Of a stretch of DNA of 53,794 bases, positions 20,064 to 29,761 are shown in pieces. The position numbers and the translations under genes are program-made. This DNA comes from an uncultured Chloroflexia bacterium (lineage in GTDB: Bacteria; Chloroflexota; Limnocylindria; QHBO01), in the NCBI GenBank assembly GCA_963827475.1, contig CAWHAZ010000006.1, forward strand, positions 1 to 53,794, given 5' to 3'. Positions within the stretch are counted from its first letter, which is position 1, and each line of letters opens with the position of its first letter. Below the pieces are notes generated by a model. It was not told where the DNA came from and searched no databases. It worked only from the letters and a program-made list of their open reading frames with translations.

Positions 20064-21647
20064 ATGAACGTGGTCGCCGACCCGGCGCACGCCCCCGCGG
20101 GACCCCACGGGACCCGCCTCCCGACCGCCAGATCGGTCATCTACGACCCCACACCGGCCGAGCTCCAGGCCCTCACCGCCCGGATGCCGCAGGCCCGCCG
20201 CACGGAGTACGGGAACTACAACGTCCAGACCCGGGTGGTGAGCCGATCCAAGGGCTCCACCTACCTCGTCACCGACGACCCGGCGGTCACCAACGACCAG
20301 ACCATCACCCGCGACGAGGGCGCCCGGGTGGCGGCCCTCCAGGACGCGTACATCGCCGAGCGCGAGATGGTGGTGGTCGACGGGTTCATCGGGAACGACC
20401 CCGAATACCGATCCCGGGCGCGGCTCTACATCGAGAGCGCGAACGCGAACATCGCCGGCATGCAGCAGCAGCTGTACTTCGAGCCCGATCGGCTGTCGGC
20501 CGACTGGGCGCCCGAGCTGGTGATGATCTACACGCCCAACCTGCCTATGCCCGGCTATCCGGACGATCGGCTCATCGCCGTCGACCTCGACGCCGGGGTG
20601 ACCCGGGTGTTCAACTCGGACTACTTCGGGGAGTCGAAGAAGGGCGGCCTGCGGATGTGGAACGCGAAGGTGTTCCACGCCGGTGGCCTGGCGATGCACG
20701 CCGGCTGCAAGGTGGTCCCGACCGATGCCGGGGAGCGGACGATCCTGATCATCGGCCTGTCCGGCACCGGGAAGACGACCACGACCTTCACCCGCCAGAA
20801 CGGGTCGCAGCCGGTGCAGGACGACTTCATCGGCCTCTTCCCGGGCGGCAAGGTGGTCGGCACCGAGAACGGATGCTTCGCGAAGACGTTCGCCCTCGAC
20901 CCGCGCCACGAGCCGGCGATCCACGGCGCGGTGACCAAGCCCGACGCGTACCTCGAGAACGTGTCCCAGAAGGCGGTCGACGGGCCGGTCGACTTCTTCG
21001 ACGAGGCATACACCAAGAACGGCCGGGCCACCTTCCCGATGGCCTCGCTCGGGATCTGGCGCGACCCGCGCCACATCGGCCCGGTCAACGAGCTGCTGAT
21101 CCTGAACCGCAACGACAACATCATCCCCGGCGTGGCGCGGCTCTCCCGGGAGCAGGCGGCCGCGTACTTCATGCTCGGCGAGACGAAGGGGACGTCGGCC
21201 GGTGGCGCGGCCGAGGAGGGGGTCGCCCTCCGGGTGCCGGGCACCAACCCGTTCTACCCTGGCCGCGACGAGGACCAGGGCAATCGGTTCTGGGAGCTGA
21301 TGGGCACCCACCCGTTCGACGTGTACCTCGTCAACACCGGTCGAGTGGGCGGCACTGACGACGACCCGAACTCGAAGAAGCTCCAGATCGAGGACTCGGG
21401 GGCCATCGTCAAGGCCATCGCCGAGGGGACGATCACCTGGGAGCGCGACCCGGACTTCGGCTACGACGTGGCGACCTCGGTGCCCGGGATCGACGATCCG
21501 GAGCTGCTCCAGCCTCGCCTGCTGTACGAGCGGACGGGCCGCGCGGAGGAGTACCGAACCTGGGTCGAGCGCCTGAAGCGCGAGCGAGCCGAGTTCCTGG
21601 CCGGCTTCCCCGGCCTGCGTTCCGAGATCGCGGAGGCGATCGCCTAG
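20064..21647 (+). CDS. pckA: Phosphoenolpyruvate carboxykinase (ATP)
   Basis: YFGESKKG, MHAG, GLSGTGKTT, QDD, ENGCFAK, YLVNTG. Confidence 0.9.
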   Translation: MNVVADPAHAPAGPHGTRLPTARSVIYDPTPAELQALTARMPQARRTEYGNYNVQTRVVSRSKGSTYLVTDDPAVTNDQTITRDEGARVAALQDAYIAEREMVVVDGFIGNDPEYRSRARLYIESANANIAGMQQQLYFEPDRLSADWAPELVMIYTPNLPMPGYPDDRLIAVDLDAGVTRVFNSDYFGESKKGGLRMWNAKVFHAGGLAMHAGCKVVPTDAGERTILIIGLSGTGKTTTTFTRQNGSQPVQDDFIGLFPGGKVVGTENGCFAKTFALDPRHEPAIHGAVTKPDAYLENVSQKAVDGPVDFFDEAYTKNGRATFPMASLGIWRDPRHIGPVNELLILNRNDNIIPGVARLSREQAAAYFMLGETKGTSAGGAAEEGVALRVPGTNPFYPGRDEDQGNRFWELMGTHPFDVYLVNTGRVGGTDDDPNSKKLQIEDSGAIVKAIAEGTITWERDPDFGYDVATSVPGIDDPELLQPRLLYERTGRAEEYRTWVERLKRERAEFLAGFPGLRSEIAEAIA

Positions 21648-23857
21648 CTCTTCAGGCCGGTCACCCGATAGGCGGAGACCGCGTGGCTGAAGCCCTTCAG
21701 GCTGAGCTCATCGGTCGGCTCGGCCGTCACCTGGTCCTCGACCGCGGCAAACGCGCGCTGGCTGAGGAGCGTCTCCCCGGCTGCCGCGGCTGAGCTGAGC
21801 CGGGCGGCCATGTTCGTGACCGCACCCACCCCGGCGTAGTCGTATCGGCCTTCGAAGCCGATCCGGCCCAGGGTCGCGTAGCCGACCGAGATCCCGATCC
21901 CGAGGCCGAGGTCGTACCCACGGCGATGCCAGCCTTCCGCCAGCTCGGCGAACCGTTCGTGCATGGCGAGCGCCGACCGGACGGCGGCCAGCGGGTGGTT
22001 GTCGATGGGCTTGGGGTCGTTGAAGAAGATCATGAAGCCGTCGCCCGCGAAGTGCTCCACCGTGCCGCCGTTGCCCAGCGCGATGCGGCCAACCTCGGAG
22101 TGGTACTCGCGCAGGACGCTGAACAGCTCCTCGGGCTCAGCGGTCTCGGCGAAGGCCGTGAAGCCGCGCATGTCGCAGAACAGGGCACTGATCTCGCGGC
22201 GGTGTCCGGTCAGGAGCGCTTCGCCCTCCGGGCTCGACAGCAGCCCCGCGACGTGCGGTGCGAAGCTGGCCAGCGCGGCCCGTTGGCGCTCGACCGTTTC
22301 GTACAGCTCGATGTTGGCGATTGCCAGAGCAGCCTGGTCCGCGAAGGTAGCGACCAGGGCGATCTCCTGGTCGTTGAACGGCCGGACCTCGGAACGCTGC
22401 ATGACCAGCACACCGGCGGGCTCACCCTCGCGCATCAGCGGAACGCCGAGCAGGGTGCGGAACCCGTGGGTCTGTTGCATCTCGATCTGGGTGTACTCAG
22501 GATCCGCCAGCACGTCGGGGATCTGGACCGGGCGCCGTTCGAGGGTCACCCGACCGACAAGCGAGCCTCGGTCGAGCGCGATGCGGGATTCCTCGAATGC
22601 CTTTGCCAGCTCCTGGGACCGCTCGCCATAGGACGCGGCGATCCGATAGCTCCCGTCCTCGATGAGCGCCATGTTGCCGGAGTCCGCCCGAGACAGACGA
22701 GCGGCGCTTTCGGTGACCGTGTTCAGCACGCGCTGAAGCTCGAACTTCGACCGTGCGATCGAGGCCAGCACTTGTGAGATGGCGGATTCGCGCTCGTAGC
22801 CCTCACGAGTCTCGTCCAGGACGCGCGCGAGGCGCATGGTGACCGCGGCCTGCTCCGCGAACGTGGTCAGGAGGCGGATCTCGGCATCACTGAACGGGTC
22901 AACCCTGGTTCGCCACATCGACAGCACGCCGATCGGATTGCCCTCGTTCATGAGCGGGATGGCGAGGATGGTTCGGAAACCTGCTTCCCGCTGTGCGTCG
23001 AGCAGCGCGTACTCGGGATCGGCCAGGACATCCGCGATCTGAACCGGCTGAAGCTCCATCAGCGCCCGGCCCATCGCTGATTCGCGCTCCGGCCCGAATC
23101 GGCGTGCGCCGATGATCTCGCGGAACGAGACAGGAACGCCGGCGGTGAAGACCGCGAGCCCGAACGAGCCGGCGTCCTCGCGAACGATGTTTCCGTCATC
23201 GGCGCGGGTCAGCCGGGTGGCGGTGTCGATGATCGCCTGCAGCACGCCGGTGAGGTCGAAATCGGCGCGGGCGATGGCCTGCAGCACCCCGCGAACCGCG
23301 GACTCCCGCTCCACGGCCTCGCGGGACTCGCTCAGCAGGCGCGCAAGCCGGATCGCGATCGCGGCCTGGTCGGCAAAGACCGTCACCAGGGCGACCTCGT
23401 CGTCGGTGAAGGGGTTCACCTCCATGCGGCCGAGACCGAAGGAGCCGATCAGTCCGTCGTCGGTACGGATCGGCACGCCGAGGAGTGACCTGACCCCGCC
23501 GACCCGATAGGCAGCTGACTCATACTCCGGATCCGCCGGGACGTCGTCGATGCGCTCCGCCTTCCCGCTGAGCGCGACGCGACCGTTGATCGAATGGCGA
23601 TCGATGGGATCGGGGTGCTCCCGCTCGTGGGCCCAGTGCTCGGGCCTCCCGCCGCTCGCGGCGACGAAACGCAGGACGTCGCCATCCCGGAGGAACACGA
23701 ATCCCGCATCGGCCCCGCACAGGCTGGCGGCCTCCTCGGCCAGCGCGTCGAGCACCGGCTGCAGCTCGAAACCGGCCCCGCCGATGGCAGCCAGCACGCG
23801 GCCGACCGCGGCCAGGGCAGATCGGTCCGCGCGCTCGACGTTCGCGGCGTTGGTCAT
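21644..23857 (-). CDS. Triple-GAF class III nucleotide cyclase
   Basis: Three GAF repeats each ending F-x-x-QA; FCDMRGFT, GDG, GIGI, TNMAARL. Confidence 0.9.
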   Translation of the reverse strand: MTNAANVERADRSALAAVGRVLAAIGGAGFELQPVLDALAEEAASLCGADAGFVFLRDGDVLRFVAASGGRPEHWAHEREHPDPIDRHSINGRVALSGKAERIDDVPADPEYESAAYRVGGVRSLLGVPIRTDDGLIGSFGLGRMEVNPFTDDEVALVTVFADQAAIAIRLARLLSESREAVERESAVRGVLQAIARADFDLTGVLQAIIDTATRLTRADDGNIVREDAGSFGLAVFTAGVPVSFREIIGARRFGPERESAMGRALMELQPVQIADVLADPEYALLDAQREAGFRTILAIPLMNEGNPIGVLSMWRTRVDPFSDAEIRLLTTFAEQAAVTMRLARVLDETREGYERESAISQVLASIARSKFELQRVLNTVTESAARLSRADSGNMALIEDGSYRIAASYGERSQELAKAFEESRIALDRGSLVGRVTLERRPVQIPDVLADPEYTQIEMQQTHGFRTLLGVPLMREGEPAGVLVMQRSEVRPFNDQEIALVATFADQAALAIANIELYETVERQRAALASFAPHVAGLLSSPEGEALLTGHRREISALFCDMRGFTAFAETAEPEELFSVLREYHSEVGRIALGNGGTVEHFAGDGFMIFFNDPKPIDNHPLAAVRSALAMHERFAELAEGWHRRGYDLGLGIGISVGYATLGRIGFEGRYDYAGVGAVTNMAARLSSAAAAGETLLSQRAFAAVEDQVTAEPTDELSLKGFSHAVSAYRVTGLKS

Positions 23858-23866
23858 CGGCTGCGG

Positions 23867-24325
23867 CTACGCGCCTTCGGTGTCCGGGTCCTCGAGCGAG
23901 GCGTCCACGCTGACCTCGACGTTGCCGGCCAGGGCACGGCTGATCGGACATCCGTCCTTGGCTTCGATCGCCAGGCGCTCGAAGTCTTCGTGCGAACAAT
24001 CCGGGACGCTGCCAATGACCTGCAGCGAGGATGCGGTCACCGTCCAGCCGCCCTCGAGCTTCTCGAACGCGACCTCGGCCTCCACGTGGAGATGGTCCGG
24101 CGTGAAGCCGGCGGTCGCCAGTCCGTTCGAGAACGCCATGCAGTAGCAGGCGGCATGGGCAGCGGCCAGGAGCTCCTCGGGGGACGTGCGACCCTGGGGT
24201 TCCTCGGTCCGGGACGCCCAGCTGACCGGGAGGTCGCTGAACAGCCCACTCGAGTAGCCGGTGACGGTGCCCGAGCCGGAGAGCAGGTCGCCGCTCCAGG
24301 AAGCGGTCGCGCGCCGCGTGGTCAT
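23867..24325 (-). CDS. osmC: OsmC family peroxiredoxin
   Basis: TSPEELLAAAHAACYCMA and AKDGCPISRAL; AGGAGG upstream. Confidence 0.9.
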   Translation of the reverse strand: MTTRRATASWSGDLLSGSGTVTGYSSGLFSDLPVSWASRTEEPQGRTSPEELLAAAHAACYCMAFSNGLATAGFTPDHLHVEAEVAFEKLEGGWTVTASSLQVIGSVPDCSHEDFERLAIEAKDGCPISRALAGNVEVSVDASLEDPDTEGA

Positions 24326-24401
24326 CGGTATCGGTCCTCCTTGTATGCTCGGGCGCAGAGCCGAATGCCCTGTCGGCAAGCCTAGCGCAGCGGATCGACC
24401 G

Positions 24402-25007
24402 ATGACCGAGCCACGCCCCAGCGAGCGGCCCCTGCCCATGATCCGAGGCGAGACGGTGTACCTCCGCCCCGCCGACCGGACCGACCTGCCGTTGTTCGTG
24501 CGCTGGTTCGCCGATGCCGAGACGGCTCGCGGGCTGATGGTCCGCGCCCCGTTCAGCCTGGCGGCGGAGGAGCAGTGGTTCGCGGACATGGCAACCCGGC
24601 AGGGCAAGACCGACTACCACTTCGTGATCTGCCGCCTGACCGATAACCAGCCGATCGGCACCGCCGGGCTGCACGACCTCGACTTCGTGAACGGCAACGC
24701 CGAGTTCGGGATCAGCATCGGCGAGAAGGCCGAATGGAACCAGGGCTACGGCACCGACGCCCTGCACGCGATCTGCGACTTCGGCTTCGGGGAGCTGCGG
24801 CTGGAGCGGATCGAGCTGGAGGTGTACGCCTCGAACGCCCGCGCCCAGCGGTCCTACGAGAAAGCGGGCTTCGTGCTGGAGGGAACGCTGCGCCGGCGCC
24901 ACTACGGCCAGGGCCGCCACGAGGACGTGCTGATCATGGCGCTGCTGCGCGAGGAGTGGGCGGCGCAGGACCGGCGCCGCGCCTGGGAGCTGAACGAGCT
25001 CGGCTGA
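24402..25007 (+). CDS. RimJ/RimL-family GNAT acetyltransferase
   Basis: WNQGYGT, N-x-x-A-x-x-x-YEKAGF-x-x-EG. Confidence 0.9.
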   Translation: MTEPRPSERPLPMIRGETVYLRPADRTDLPLFVRWFADAETARGLMVRAPFSLAAEEQWFADMATRQGKTDYHFVICRLTDNQPIGTAGLHDLDFVNGNAEFGISIGEKAEWNQGYGTDALHAICDFGFGELRLERIELEVYASNARAQRSYEKAGFVLEGTLRRRHYGQGRHEDVLIMALLREEWAAQDRRRAWELNELG

Positions 25008-25024
25008 CTGCCGGGCTTCGCGGC

Positions 25025-26014
25025 ATGTTCGAACTGCGCCGCGACCCGGTCACCGGCTGGTGGTCGGCCATCGTCGTCGACCGCGCGTTCGAGCATGCCT
25101 CGTTCACGGTGGAGGCGGCGCCTGTCGAGGGCACGCATTGCCGCCACTGCGACGAGGCGCCGACCGATGACGAGGAGTCGGTGCGTCGCATCGCGCTGCG
25201 ATCCAGGGTGTTCGAGATCGTGCCGCCTGGACGCGAGTGGGATCCGCAGGTCGAACTGCTGCCAGACGAGCGGGCCGACAAACGCGGGTCGTGGGAGATC
25301 GTGGTCGGGCCGCTCGAGCACCACGAGCGGTTTGCCGACGCGGGGCCGCACCTGGCCGAGAAGCTGCTGCGTCACGCCCGTGACGCAATGCGCGAGCTGG
25401 GGGCGGAGGCGCAGCCACCGGATGACCCGGTCTACATCCAGGTCCTCCAGACCCACGGCCGGCAGGCCGGGGCACGGACCTCGCACCTGAACTTCGAGCT
25501 CTACGCCATTCCCCAGGTCCCGCACCGGGTGGCGGAGGAGATCGGCGGGGCGGCGCGGCACATGATCAGCCGCGGGAGCTGTGCGTGGTGCGCGATGGCC
25601 GAGGCGGAGGAAGCGAGCGGCACTCGTCTCGTGCTCGCCGACGAGCGGTTCGTGGTGGTAGCCCCCGCGGCCAGCCGCTCCGCATTCGAGCTGTGGGTCA
25701 TCCCCCGCGAGCACGCGGCTGACTTCAGCCAGCTCGACGACGAGGCGCTCGGCGCGTGCCGCGCCACACTGCAGCGGGCCCTCGGCTCGCTCGGCGCCCT
25801 GGGCGACCCCCCGTACAACCTGTTCCTGCACTCGGCCCCGGCCGGGGAGCGCCTCGACCAGACGTTCCACTGGCACTGGGAGCTCCATCCCCGGCTGCGG
25901 GTCATCGCCGGCCTGGAGAGCGCGACCGCCCTCGCGGTCAACCCGGCGGCGCCGGAGTTCGCGGCCGAGATCCTGCGCGCCCACCTCGCCTCGGCGGTCC
26001 CTGGCGGCCATTGA
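25025..26014 (+). CDS. GalT-like (galactose-1-phosphate uridylyltransferase family) protein with altered active site
   Basis: ELRRDPVTG-x-W, CxxC pairs, FELWVIP-x-x-H, PYN, FHWHWELHPRL; the HPHxQ motif reads HLNFE. Confidence 0.8.
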   Translation: MFELRRDPVTGWWSAIVVDRAFEHASFTVEAAPVEGTHCRHCDEAPTDDEESVRRIALRSRVFEIVPPGREWDPQVELLPDERADKRGSWEIVVGPLEHHERFADAGPHLAEKLLRHARDAMRELGAEAQPPDDPVYIQVLQTHGRQAGARTSHLNFELYAIPQVPHRVAEEIGGAARHMISRGSCAWCAMAEAEEASGTRLVLADERFVVVAPAASRSAFELWVIPREHAADFSQLDDEALGACRATLQRALGSLGALGDPPYNLFLHSAPAGERLDQTFHWHWELHPRLRVIAGLESATALAVNPAAPEFAAEILRAHLASAVPGGH

Positions 26015-26041
26015 CGGCCCGGCGGTCGGCATCGGTATACT
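26011..26041 (+). promoter_or_regulatory. Putative sigma-70 promoter of the pyr operon
   Basis: TTGACG and TATACT with a 19-nt spacer, slightly long. Confidence 0.45.
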
Positions 26042-26061
26042 CGCGGTCCAGATTCGAGTGC

Positions 26062-26093
26062 CCCTTTAACGCGGTCCGGAGAGGCCGCCAAGG
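26062..26093 (+). promoter_or_regulatory. PyrR-binding RNA element
   Basis: CCTTTAA-C-GCGG-TCCGGAGAGG-CCGC-C-AAGG matches the PyrR loop consensus, directly upstream of pyrR. Confidence 0.85.
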
Positions 26094-26104
26094 AGCCCAT
26101 GCCC

Positions 26105-26656
26105 ATGTCAGCTGAGCGCAGCATCCTCGACGCCGACGATCTCCGCCGGTCCCTGGTGCGGATTGCGCACGAGATCGTGGAGGGCCACGGCGGGACCGAT
26201 GACCTCGTCCTCATCGGGCTGCGAACCCGCGGCCACCCGCTCGCCGAGCGCCTCGCCAACCTGATCGAGGAGCACGAGCAGGTCCGTCTGCCGGTCGGCT
26301 CGCTGGACATCACGTTCTACCGCGACGACCTGACCCGCCTGGCCCACGCCCCCATCGTCAAGCGCTCCGACCTGGGCCCAGACGTCACGGACCGGACAGT
26401 GGTCCTCGTCGACGACGTCCTGTACACCGGGCGCACCATCCGTGCCGCGCTCGACGCGCTGACCGATCACGGCCGGCCGCGAGCCGTGCGCCTGGCGGTG
26501 GTCATCGACCGCGGCCATCGCGAGCTGCCCATCCGGCCCGACTACGTGGGCAAGAACCTGCCAACCAGCGCTGACGAGGTGGTCCACGTCCGACTGGTCG
26601 AGACCGACGGCGCCGACGAGGTGGTCCTGACCCGGGCCGAGGTGCCGGTCGCATGA
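26105..26656 (+). CDS. pyrR: Pyrimidine operon regulator / uracil phosphoribosyltransferase
   Basis: [43 protein letters not shown]. Confidence 0.97.
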   Translation: MSAERSILDADDLRRSLVRIAHEIVEGHGGTDDLVLIGLRTRGHPLAERLANLIEEHEQVRLPVGSLDITFYRDDLTRLAHAPIVKRSDLGPDVTDRTVVLVDDVLYTGRTIRAALDALTDHGRPRAVRLAVVIDRGHRELPIRPDYVGKNLPTSADEVVHVRLVETDGADEVVLTRAEVPVA

Positions 26657-27600
26657 CGATCAGCCGGCCGGCGGTGTGGACGAGGCGCCACCTGCTCGAC
26701 GTCGACGAGCTGTCGCGCGCCGATCTCGAGGGCGTGCTCGACCTGGCCACCGAGCTCCGGGCGCGGCGGGAGGCCGGGGAGCTGCCCGACCCGCTGCGGG
26801 GCGTCGCGGTCGGCCTCGCCTTCTACGAGGCCTCGACTCGGACCCGGGTGTCGTTCGAACTTGCCGCCCGCGAGCTGGGCGCGACCGTGAGCGACCTGTC
26901 GGTGGCCGGCAGCAGCGTGGCCAAGGGCGAGTCCCTGGTCGACACCCTGCGGACCCTGGAGCGGACCGGGATCCGCGTGATCGTTCTGCGCCATGCGTCC
27001 AGTGGAGCGCCGTACCTCGCCGCCCGCTCCGTGGAGCACGCGGCCATCGTCAACGCCGGGGACGGCAGTCATGCCCATCCGACGCAGGCCCTGCTCGACG
27101 CGCTGACCCTGCGCCAGGCCATTGGCACGCTGGACGGGGCGCGGGTCGTGATCGTGGGCGACGCGGCGCATTCGCGGGTCGCCCGCTCCAACCTCCATTC
27201 CCTCATCACGCTGGGGGCGTCGGTGGTCCTCTCCGGTCCCCCGGCTTGGGTCGCGCCCTTCGCCGGCTGGCCGGGAGTCACCGTCCTTGGCGACCTCGAG
27301 CGTGCGCTGGACGGCGCCGACGCGGTGATGGCCCTGCGCGTCCAGGTCGAGCGCGCGGCGGGGAGCGGCGTGCCGTCGCAAGGCGAGTACGTCGCCCGCT
27401 GGGGGCTGACCGCCGAGCGGCTGGCGCGGTGGTGTCCCGAAGCGTGGGTCATGCATCCCGGACCGGCCAATGAGGGCGTGGAGATTGCCGCGGAGCTGTC
27501 CACCGCTCCCCGCTCATTGATCGGACGCCAGGTCGAGAACGGCGTGCCGATCCGGATGGCGATCCTGTCCCTGCTGGCAGCGGAGTCTGCAGGCCGATGA
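26653..27600 (+). CDS. pyrB: Aspartate carbamoyltransferase catalytic subunit
   Basis: [14 protein letters not shown][11 protein letters not shown], HSRVARS, MHPGP. Confidence 0.95.
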   Translation: MTISRPAVWTRRHLLDVDELSRADLEGVLDLATELRARREAGELPDPLRGVAVGLAFYEASTRTRVSFELAARELGATVSDLSVAGSSVAKGESLVDTLRTLERTGIRVIVLRHASSGAPYLAARSVEHAAIVNAGDGSHAHPTQALLDALTLRQAIGTLDGARVVIVGDAAHSRVARSNLHSLITLGASVVLSGPPAWVAPFAGWPGVTVLGDLERALDGADAVMALRVQVERAAGSGVPSQGEYVARWGLTAERLARWCPEAWVMHPGPANEGVEIAAELSTAPRSLIGRQVENGVPIRMAILSLLAAESAGR

Positions 27601-27639
27601 ACGGCTGCTCCGATGAACGGCTGCTCCCGATGAACGGCT
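27594..27639 (+). repeat. Tandem 16-nt repeat (about 3 copies) at the pyrB/pyrC junction
   Basis: CCGATGAACGGCTGCT at 27594 and 27610, partial copy at 27627. Confidence 0.9.
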
Positions 27640-29036
27640 CAGCCAGGTTCGGCTCCCTGGCCGATGCACCGGCCAGCTTCGTCCTCCGTGGCGTCCGGAT
27701 CATCGACCCGACCGAGGGGACCGACATCGTCCGGGACCTCGCGGTGGTCGACGGGGTGCTGCGCGACGACCTCGCCCCGTTCGAGGTGCCACGGGTCGAC
27801 GCTTTCGGCCTGGTCGCGGCGCCGGGGTTCTGTGACCTGCACACCCACCTGCGAACCCCCGGCGGAGAGGGCGCGGAGACGCTCGAGTCCGGCACCCGGG
27901 CCGCGGCCCACGGCGGGTTCACGACCGTCTGCGCGATGCCGAACACCGATCCGCCGCTCGACGACCCGTGGCGCATCCGCGGCCTGGCGGCTGCGGCGGC
28001 GGGAGCGGCCGCCCGCGTGCGGGTCATCGCCGCCGCCACCCGCGAGCGCGCGGGCGAGACGCTGACCGACCACGGTGCGCTGGCCGACGCGGACGTGGTG
28101 GCGGTGAGCGACGACGGCGCGGCCATCGCGAGCGCGGCGGTCGCCCGCCGGGCGCTGGCCTATCTGCGCCCCCTGGGCCTGCCCCTGGTCGAACACGCGG
28201 AGGAGCCGAGCCTGGCCGCCGGCAACGTCATGCGCGCCGGCCCGGTCGCCACCCGGCTGGGCCTCGGCGGTTGGCCGTCGAGCGCGGAAACGACCATCGT
28301 GGAGCGGGACCTCGCGCTCGCCGCGGAGACCGGCGGCTGGATCCACTTCACCCACCTGTCGACCTCCGCCGCGCTGGGAGCGATCCGTCGCGCCCGCCAG
28401 AGCGGGGTCCACGTGACGTGCGACGTGACGCCGCACCACCTGGCGCTCACCGACGGCTGGGTGGCCGGGGATCGCACCTTCGCCTGGGACGTGGAGAGCG
28501 ACGACCCGCCACCGCTCGATCCCGCGCTCGCCTACGACGGGACGTGCCGAGTCAATCCCCCCCTCGCGCCGGCCGCCGAGGCGATGGCCCTCATGGCGGG
28601 GATTGCCGACGGCTCGATCGACGCCATCGCCACCGACCATGCTCCCCATCCACCCGAGCGCAAGACGGTGCCGTTCGACGAGGCGGCGCCCGGCATGGTG
28701 GGCCTGGAGACGGCCCTCGGCCTTGGCCTGCTGGCGGTCGCCGCCGGCCGGCTGCGGCTGAGCGCCCTGGTCTCCGCCCTCTCGACCCGGCCGGCGGCGA
28801 TCATCGGGGAGTCGCGGTCACTGGCGGATGGTGCGGTGGCCGACCTGGTCATCTTCGACCCCACGCGGCGCTGGCAGGTCGGGCCCGAGACGCTGGAGAG
28901 CGCATCGGCCAACACGCCGCTGATCGGCATGGAGCTGCCGGGGGTCGTCCGCCTCACCGTGGCCAACGGTCGCGTGACCTACGACGATGGACTGCTCGGC
29001 CCGGCGGAGGGGGCGGTTCGGATCACGGCGCGGTGA
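27597..29036 (+). CDS. pyrC: Dihydroorotase
   Basis: DLHTHLR, GGFTTVCAMPNT, EHAE, HLST, PHHL, NPPL, ATDHAPH. Confidence 0.93.
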   Translation: MNGCSDERLLPMNGSARFGSLADAPASFVLRGVRIIDPTEGTDIVRDLAVVDGVLRDDLAPFEVPRVDAFGLVAAPGFCDLHTHLRTPGGEGAETLESGTRAAAHGGFTTVCAMPNTDPPLDDPWRIRGLAAAAAGAAARVRVIAAATRERAGETLTDHGALADADVVAVSDDGAAIASAAVARRALAYLRPLGLPLVEHAEEPSLAAGNVMRAGPVATRLGLGGWPSSAETTIVERDLALAAETGGWIHFTHLSTSAALGAIRRARQSGVHVTCDVTPHHLALTDGWVAGDRTFAWDVESDDPPPLDPALAYDGTCRVNPPLAPAAEAMALMAGIADGSIDAIATDHAPHPPERKTVPFDEAAPGMVGLETALGLGLLAVAAGRLRLSALVSALSTRPAAIIGESRSLADGAVADLVIFDPTRRWQVGPETLESASANTPLIGMELPGVVRLTVANGRVTYDDGLLGPAEGAVRITAR

Positions 29037-29069
29037 GCCGGATCGGCTTGTGTCAGGATGCGGGGCCGC

Positions 29070-29429
29070 ATGGCCATCCGCACGAACGAGGAGCTCGACC
29101 CCAACGAGGGCCCGGGCCTGGGCTGCTTCACCGTTCAGGCGGTCCTGTTCGCGGTCATTCTCCTGCTCATCCCGGTCGGGGTCTTTTCACTGGGCTGGCC
29201 GGTCTGGCTGCTCACCATCCTGCTGGTGGTGGCCATCTTCCTGTTGTTCTTCATCTCGATGACATCGGTTTTCCTGCTCCGGGTGTTCTTCGCCTCCCGC
29301 CGGTCGGGGCGCGGCCGAACGTACGGGGCGACCGCCGCGCCGCTGACCATCGATACTGAGTCCGCCCCCGAAACGGAGAGCAGCCCGCCCGAATCGGTCA
29401 GCCCGACCGCGGACGAGAAGGAGGAGTAA
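29070..29429 (+). CDS. Hypothetical membrane protein (about 2 TM helices)
   Basis: Long hydrophobic segment followed by a basic then acidic tail. Confidence 0.7.
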   Translation: MAIRTNEELDPNEGPGLGCFTVQAVLFAVILLLIPVGVFSLGWPVWLLTILLVVAIFLLFFISMTSVFLLRVFFASRRSGRGRTYGATAAPLTIDTESAPETESSPPESVSPTADEKEE

Positions 29430-29434
29430 CGCCG

Positions 29435-29761
29435 GTGCCCCTGATGGTCACCTTCTTCAACGTCCGCAAGGGCCGCGACACGGTCTTCAAGCGCGGGATG
29501 CGCCACTTCTTCCCCAAGCGGGCGAAGGAGTACGAGGCCCGCCACGGGATCCGGTTCATCGGCTGGTTCAACGTGACCGAAGGGTCGGAGTGGAACAACG
29601 TGATCATCTTCGATCTGCCCAACTACGCCGTCCTCGACGAGCTGTACCAGGATCCGGGGATGCGGCGCATCGGTCACACGGTGGCCGAGTCGGTGTTCGA
29701 CACGAAGTACACGATCTTCCTGCGGGAGCGGATGGGTCCCGACCTGGTGTACAAGCCGTGA
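29435..29761 (+). CDS. Hypothetical protein, possibly dimeric alpha-beta barrel (NIPSNAP/GYD-like)
   Basis: AGGAG upstream; pattern GIRFIGWF...IIFDLPNYAVLDEL; overlaps next gene (GTGA). Confidence 0.65.
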   Translation: MPLMVTFFNVRKGRDTVFKRGMRHFFPKRAKEYEARHGIRFIGWFNVTEGSEWNNVIIFDLPNYAVLDELYQDPGMRRIGHTVAESVFDTKYTIFLRERMGPDLVYKP

